Origin: an uncultured Nitrospiraceae bacterium
GTDB lineage: Bacteria; Nitrospirota; Nitrospiria; Nitrospirales; UBA2166
Length of the DNA stretch: 64,000 nt
Assembly: GCA_964463965.1 (NCBI GenBank)
Contig: CAYXED010000006.1
Span: forward strand, 49,920-113,919
Direction: 5' to 3'
In this document: one piece after another, positions 59,901 through 64,000 of the stretch
Numbering within the stretch: position 1 is the first letter of the stretch
Layout of the letters: the number at the start of each line of letters is the position of its first letter
Notes under the pieces: model-generated
Database searches by the model: none
What the model was told of the DNA's origin: nothing
Seen by the model: the letters and a program-made list of their open reading frames with translations, nothing else
Translations under genes and position numbers: made by a program

Positions 59901-61079
59901 GTGCCTAAATTAGCGTGGCCATTAATCATCGGAACTCTTTCTGCGGGTGCGATTTGGATAGTTGCTGGGATGCTTCACTTTCCGCGTGTATTTCAGTGGA
60001 TGTTCGTCTTCTATGTCGCACTAGGGACTGGAGTTTTTCTTCTGCTCGCGGCACCAAGTATGCCTCTTTTACGTGGAGGCAAGGCAATTATAGGTGTTCT
60101 TGTTTTTTACTTGCTCACCTCTGGCGTTTTTTTAGCCGGTGGAGCGATTTTACCGCAGTATGACCCAACGGTTGAGGAAGAGAAAATTCAGAAAATTTTA
60201 AAACATCGGCGTGCGCAATTTGAGCGTCCTAAGAATACTGAGGAGCTCATGAAAAGAGCAGAAGTATTATCAGAAAGAGCAAATGCATTGATGGGGCGTG
60301 TCGCGAAGCTTCAAGGAACAACGGCCCCAGTTGTTGCTATGGTAGGAGCGACCCTAACTCCACTTGAAAGAGGTAAGGAAGTTTACCAGTTATACGAGTG
60401 TTACAATTGTCATAAGATTGGAGGTGAAGGGGGAACAAAAAAACGAGGCCCTGAACTTGGAAATCTTGGCAATGTTTTGACTGCACAACAAACTACTAAA
60501 AAGATTCTTAGTACAAAGGCAGATCCTTATTTTTATGCAGAGGGTTTTGAAAAGGAGCATAAAAAGGGTGTGATGCCAGGAAAATATCGTGAGCTTATGA
60601 CCGATGAAGAACTTACAACACTCACTACGTATTTGATGTCTCTCAAAAACCCTTCCTTTATAACGCCAAAGCCTATTTTCCTTAAGGATCAAGTGCAACA
60701 CGGGTTTACAGTATACGGTTATGTGCGTGATGAGCATGGGCAACCTGTTGAAAATGTAAAGGTTGCGGCTAGGCCAACTCAAGATGGTAGTCATGGAGCA
60801 TCTGCCACAACTAATGAGCAAGGATACTATGAAGCTTTTATCCACCTCCATAATGCTGATGTTGGAGCGACTATAGCTGTGGCAGTTGGGAATAAAACAC
60901 AGGAAATTGTAGCTAACTTTGACCCATTGGATACGAAGACTAAACGGCAAGCATCTATCGATTTCTCAGTCAATGCTAATGTTGCTCGAGCCTTGCCTGT
61001 ATCAACTTCTTCTACGCATTCTGGTCATGCTGAAGACGCTGCACATGCGCATGATGGTGGAGGCGATCATGCGCATTAA
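59901..61079 (+). CDS. Membrane-anchored mono-haem c-type cytochrome with a carboxypeptidase-regulatory-like domain and a His-rich tail
   Basis: About three N-terminal TM helices, a coiled linker, the haem site CYNCHKIGG with a distal GVMPG Met, a beta-sandwich-like FTVYGYVRDEHGQPVENVKVAA segment, and the C-terminus HSGHAEDAAHAHDGGGDHAH. GTG start follows GAGGGGG. Confidence 0.75.
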   Translation: MPKLAWPLIIGTLSAGAIWIVAGMLHFPRVFQWMFVFYVALGTGVFLLLAAPSMPLLRGGKAIIGVLVFYLLTSGVFLAGGAILPQYDPTVEEEKIQKILKHRRAQFERPKNTEELMKRAEVLSERANALMGRVAKLQGTTAPVVAMVGATLTPLERGKEVYQLYECYNCHKIGGEGGTKKRGPELGNLGNVLTAQQTTKKILSTKADPYFYAEGFEKEHKKGVMPGKYRELMTDEELTTLTTYLMSLKNPSFITPKPIFLKDQVQHGFTVYGYVRDEHGQPVENVKVAARPTQDGSHGASATTNEQGYYEAFIHLHNADVGATIAVAVGNKTQEIVANFDPLDTKTKRQASIDFSVNANVARALPVSTSSTHSGHAEDAAHAHDGGGDHAH

Positions 61080-61191
61080 CCCATTTTTTTGGTTTACATA
61101 TTACAGTTGGTTGTTGAGAGTGCCTGCAACGGTAGTTGCCACCCGTAGTTTTTAATCGCATTGGCTCCCCATACTGAGACCCGTTTATAGC

Positions 61192-63705
61192 TTGAATATG
61201 CTCAAGGATACTACCATTTTATATCGTCCAACGTGCACCACTTTTGATCATGATGGCTTGTATTTTTTTGTTGATGGCGATCGGCCTAATTGGATCGCAA
61301 CAGATTGGCGTGGTGCAACATTGCTGCGTCTGGTTAATGGACATCGAACACTGCAGGACATTGTGTGTGCATATGGTGATGAGGTTGGGATTGAACGTTC
61401 ACAGGCATGGCTGCATGTTCGCTCATATGTTCAGGCAGGACTTCGATGTGAGATCCTTTCCGATGAACCAGTTGTGTCAGACGTTTATGCTGGACGCTCA
61501 TCATACCTTCAGCCTTCTGCTTTGAATGAGTTTTGGGTACATACCAATAACTCATGTAACCTTACTTGTGCACATTGCCTCGTTTCTTCGCATCCCGGTG
61601 CGGATCCTGGTCCAGAGACTGACCATCTCCTTCGAGTTATGACAGAAGCAAAGGAGCTTGGGGTTTCACGGTTTTATTTTACCGGAGGTGAACCATTTCT
61701 TCGTAAAGATGCTTTTGAACTGATCAAGCATGTTACTGTTGACCTTAATGCTGAGCTTATTGTGCTTACAAATGCGACGTTGTTTCGTGGGACCGTACTT
61801 AAACAGCTTCGAGAGATTGATAGAACACGTCTAAAGTTCCAGATTAGCCTTGATGGTGCGACACCGGAGGTAAATGACCCTATTCGTGGAGAAAAAACTT
61901 TTGAAAATATTACACGAGGGATCAAGACTGTTGCTGATTTGGGAATTGATATATCACTGACTGCCGTACTAACTAGAACAAATTTAACTGATCTTCCAAA
62001 GCTGCCGTTTTTGGCAAAATCTCTTGGAGTTTCATCTATTCATGTTATGTGGATGCATCGTCGTGGCAGGGTCTTAGAGCATAATGATCTAGAGTTTCCG
62101 AGTAACGATGAGATGTTAACGTCGATGCGAGCGATAAAAAATAATGCAAGTCAGTGTGGTGTAACATTGGACAATATGGAGTCGTTTCATGGAAGAGTAA
62201 ATGGGCGTCCAGGTGTTAAATTTGATCTTAGTAATGCCTGCTGGGACAGCCTGTGTTTGAGTTATGATGGGCATGTTTATCCCTCTGCATCATTTGCCGG
62301 GCATCCTGCACTTGATCTCGGAGATACCAGGACAGAGTCGTTACAGTCGTTATGGCTGGAAAGTGGGGTCTCAAAGAATATTCGAAGTGCAACAGTGGCC
62401 AATAAGGTTGGGGTATCGACAGATCCATTTCGTTTTATGCTTGGGGGTGGTGATATTGAGCACAGCTATTTCTTTTCAGAACAGCATCCTGGAGAAAGCC
62501 ATGTGCTAGATGTGGATCCTTATTACAGCTTGTATGTAGAATTATGTAAAGACACCATGATAGACCTTGCAAGATCAAAGCGTACGACCTTCAATATAAA
62601 ATCTGGATTTGTAGGCCCTGTCCTGTTTCATGTGATGGGAGAAGGAATGGCAACTTGTGGGAGCCATTTTTGGGATACGCCGGTGACCACACTTCATTCA
62701 AATTGTGTTCTTGCTTTCGATGTTGAAACTCCACATGGGATTATTCAAGATTTTTACGGAAAAGCTGCGGAGACTCCTCAAGCAGAACTGTGTTGTACCA
62801 TTGATGGATATTCAGAAGAGGAGCTCTCTCATATACCCAAAGAAGTTCGTGAACGATTTTATGGATGCGGGTCTCCTATGAGAAGTGCACGAGTTATTGA
62901 AGGGGAGACTGTTGTTGATCTTGGTTCTGGGGGAGGTATCGATTGTTTTATTGCTGCTCGGAAGACAGGCTCCTCTGGTAGGATTATCGGTATTGATATG
63001 ACGGATAACATGCTTCAGGTTGCCGAACGTAATCGCCAACCAGTTGCTGTATCACTTGGTTATGATGTTGTCGAATTTCGTAAAGGCTTTTTAGAAGAGA
63101 TTCCTGTGGAGAGTAAGCTTGTAGACCTTGTAACTTCCAATTGTGTAATCAATCTTTCTCCAGATAAAAAGGCCGTTTTTTCTGAAATTTGGCGGATTCT
63201 CAAAGATGGTGGGCGTATTGTGATATCTGATATTGTTTCTGAAGGGCCCATTCCACCTGAAATTAAAGTTAATAACCAATTATGGGGTGAATGTATTGCG
63301 GGGGCATTGACGGAGGAAGAGTTTGTTGCGTCTCTTGAAGAAGCCGGTTTTTATGGGATTGAGCTTCTTCAGAAAGTTGTATATCGTGATGTCGAGGGGT
63401 ATAAATTCAATTCTGTGACTGTTAGGGGCTATAAGTATGAAGTTTGTTCTAAGTCGTCAAACAATGGTTATGTAGCTATTTATAAGGGGCCAATGAAAAC
63501 CGTGCTTGATGAAAATGGTACTGTCTATCATCGTGGTGAGGCGACGATGGTGTCAGTTGAGACTGCAGAAAGGTTAAAATCAGGCCCTTATGCTTCTGTT
63601 TTTGCGGTGATTGCTTCTGAGGCAACCTCTTACGATATCCCCCCTATGATTCTTCCACTAGATTCTCCACCTCGAGATGTAGATGAATCGACTTGCTGTA
63701 CTTAA
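61192..63705 (+). CDS. Fusion protein: PqqD-like domain + radical SAM core + degenerate SPASM/twitch region + ArsM-type SAM-dependent methyltransferase
   Basis: 837 aa. CNLTCAHC at nt 61555-61578, followed by GGEPFL and SLDGATPEVNDPIRG. The C-terminal half carries ELCC, FYGCGSP, VVDLGSGGGIDCF, TSNCVINLSPDK and LWGECIAGAL, as in arsenite methyltransferases. Start is TTG 61192 or ATG 61198, with no clear SD. Confidence 0.85.
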   Translation: MNMLKDTTILYRPTCTTFDHDGLYFFVDGDRPNWIATDWRGATLLRLVNGHRTLQDIVCAYGDEVGIERSQAWLHVRSYVQAGLRCEILSDEPVVSDVYAGRSSYLQPSALNEFWVHTNNSCNLTCAHCLVSSHPGADPGPETDHLLRVMTEAKELGVSRFYFTGGEPFLRKDAFELIKHVTVDLNAELIVLTNATLFRGTVLKQLREIDRTRLKFQISLDGATPEVNDPIRGEKTFENITRGIKTVADLGIDISLTAVLTRTNLTDLPKLPFLAKSLGVSSIHVMWMHRRGRVLEHNDLEFPSNDEMLTSMRAIKNNASQCGVTLDNMESFHGRVNGRPGVKFDLSNACWDSLCLSYDGHVYPSASFAGHPALDLGDTRTESLQSLWLESGVSKNIRSATVANKVGVSTDPFRFMLGGGDIEHSYFFSEQHPGESHVLDVDPYYSLYVELCKDTMIDLARSKRTTFNIKSGFVGPVLFHVMGEGMATCGSHFWDTPVTTLHSNCVLAFDVETPHGIIQDFYGKAAETPQAELCCTIDGYSEEELSHIPKEVRERFYGCGSPMRSARVIEGETVVDLGSGGGIDCFIAARKTGSSGRIIGIDMTDNMLQVAERNRQPVAVSLGYDVVEFRKGFLEEIPVESKLVDLVTSNCVINLSPDKKAVFSEIWRILKDGGRIVISDIVSEGPIPPEIKVNNQLWGECIAGALTEEEFVASLEEAGFYGIELLQKVVYRDVEGYKFNSVTVRGYKYEVCSKSSNNGYVAIYKGPMKTVLDENGTVYHRGEATMVSVETAERLKSGPYASVFAVIASEATSYDIPPMILPLDSPPRDVDESTCCT

Positions 63706-63743
63706 GTGGATTTTCTAACATTTTCCTACTGTAGTTATATTCT

Positions 63744-64000
63744 GTGATTAGTATTAGCCGAAAAAGTTTTTTTTGGGGGTTAGCAATTCTTACGATCCTT
63801 ATCGTAATTGGAGTGGCAAGTTTAAAAGGTTTTTTCAGTGACATCAATCTTCCCACTGAAGAAGAAATTTCATCATTTATCGAAGGCTATGGAAATGCTG
63901 GGCCATTACTTTATTTGCTTTTTTATGCTATTGCACCAACATTATTGATCCCAAGCTTTCCAATTACCATGGCCGCTGGATTGCTCTTTGGGACGGGTTG
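63744..64000 (+). CDS. TVP38/TMEM64 (DedA superfamily, SNARE-associated) membrane protein; 3' end outside the window
   Basis: Not in the ORF track because the frame is still open at the window edge. GTG 63744 gives VISISRKSFFWGLAILTILIVIGVA...GNAGPLLYLLFYAIAPTLLIPSFPITMAAGLLFGTG, which fits the family N-terminal pattern. Confidence 0.65.
   Translation, partial: MISISRKSFFWGLAILTILIVIGVASLKGFFSDINLPTEEEISSFIEGYGNAGPLLYLLFYAIAPTLLIPSFPITMAAGLLFGTG

Noticed and set aside
61100-61155. Rho-independent terminator after the cytochrome c gene
   Set aside because: Only 4-5 bp stems (GCAAC/GTTGC, ACGG/CCGT), and the T-run is separated from the better stem. This is too weak to call, so operon continuity with the fusion gene stays open.

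Overview
Dense bacterial chromosomal segment: about 60 protein genes and 3 tRNAs. It looks moderately AT-rich by eye (GC not computed). I found no rRNA, CRISPR array, transposase, integrase or phage genes. Most of the content is housekeeping. A long same-strand string runs ribBA-ribH-nusB-purS-purQ-purL-purF, with purC, purN and apt elsewhere. Other core genes are tldD-pmbA, fbp with a class I aldolase and pgl, coaBC, pyrD, tsaC, trmI and suhB. There are also sulfur-relay genes (rhodanese, DsrE-like plus TusA), two sensor kinases, a gldA/F/G-like ABC operon with a DUF4340 gene, and several conserved proteins of unknown function (CHRD, DUF3422, DUF4177, TraB, LemA, VanZ, PEBP). The stand-out locus is at the right end (58.7-64.0 kb). 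It holds an orphan Fe(III)-type binding protein, a membrane cytochrome c with a His-rich tail, and an 837-aa fusion protein, followed by a TVP38/DedA-type membrane protein. The fusion combines a PqqD-like domain, a radical SAM core, a degenerate SPASM region and an ArsM-type methyltransferase that keeps the full As(III)-binding Cys set. I know of no characterised protein with this architecture, and it is my candidate for an undescribed organo-metalloid or peptide-modification system. Secondary oddities are listed here. (1) A squalene-synthase-like gene has its conserved N-terminus upstream of any canonical start codon. (2) The ribBA leader has no FMN riboswitch but shows competing pairings. 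(3) A 456-bp gap contains three consecutive stem-loops. All functional calls rest on motif recognition by eye; no database search was run.
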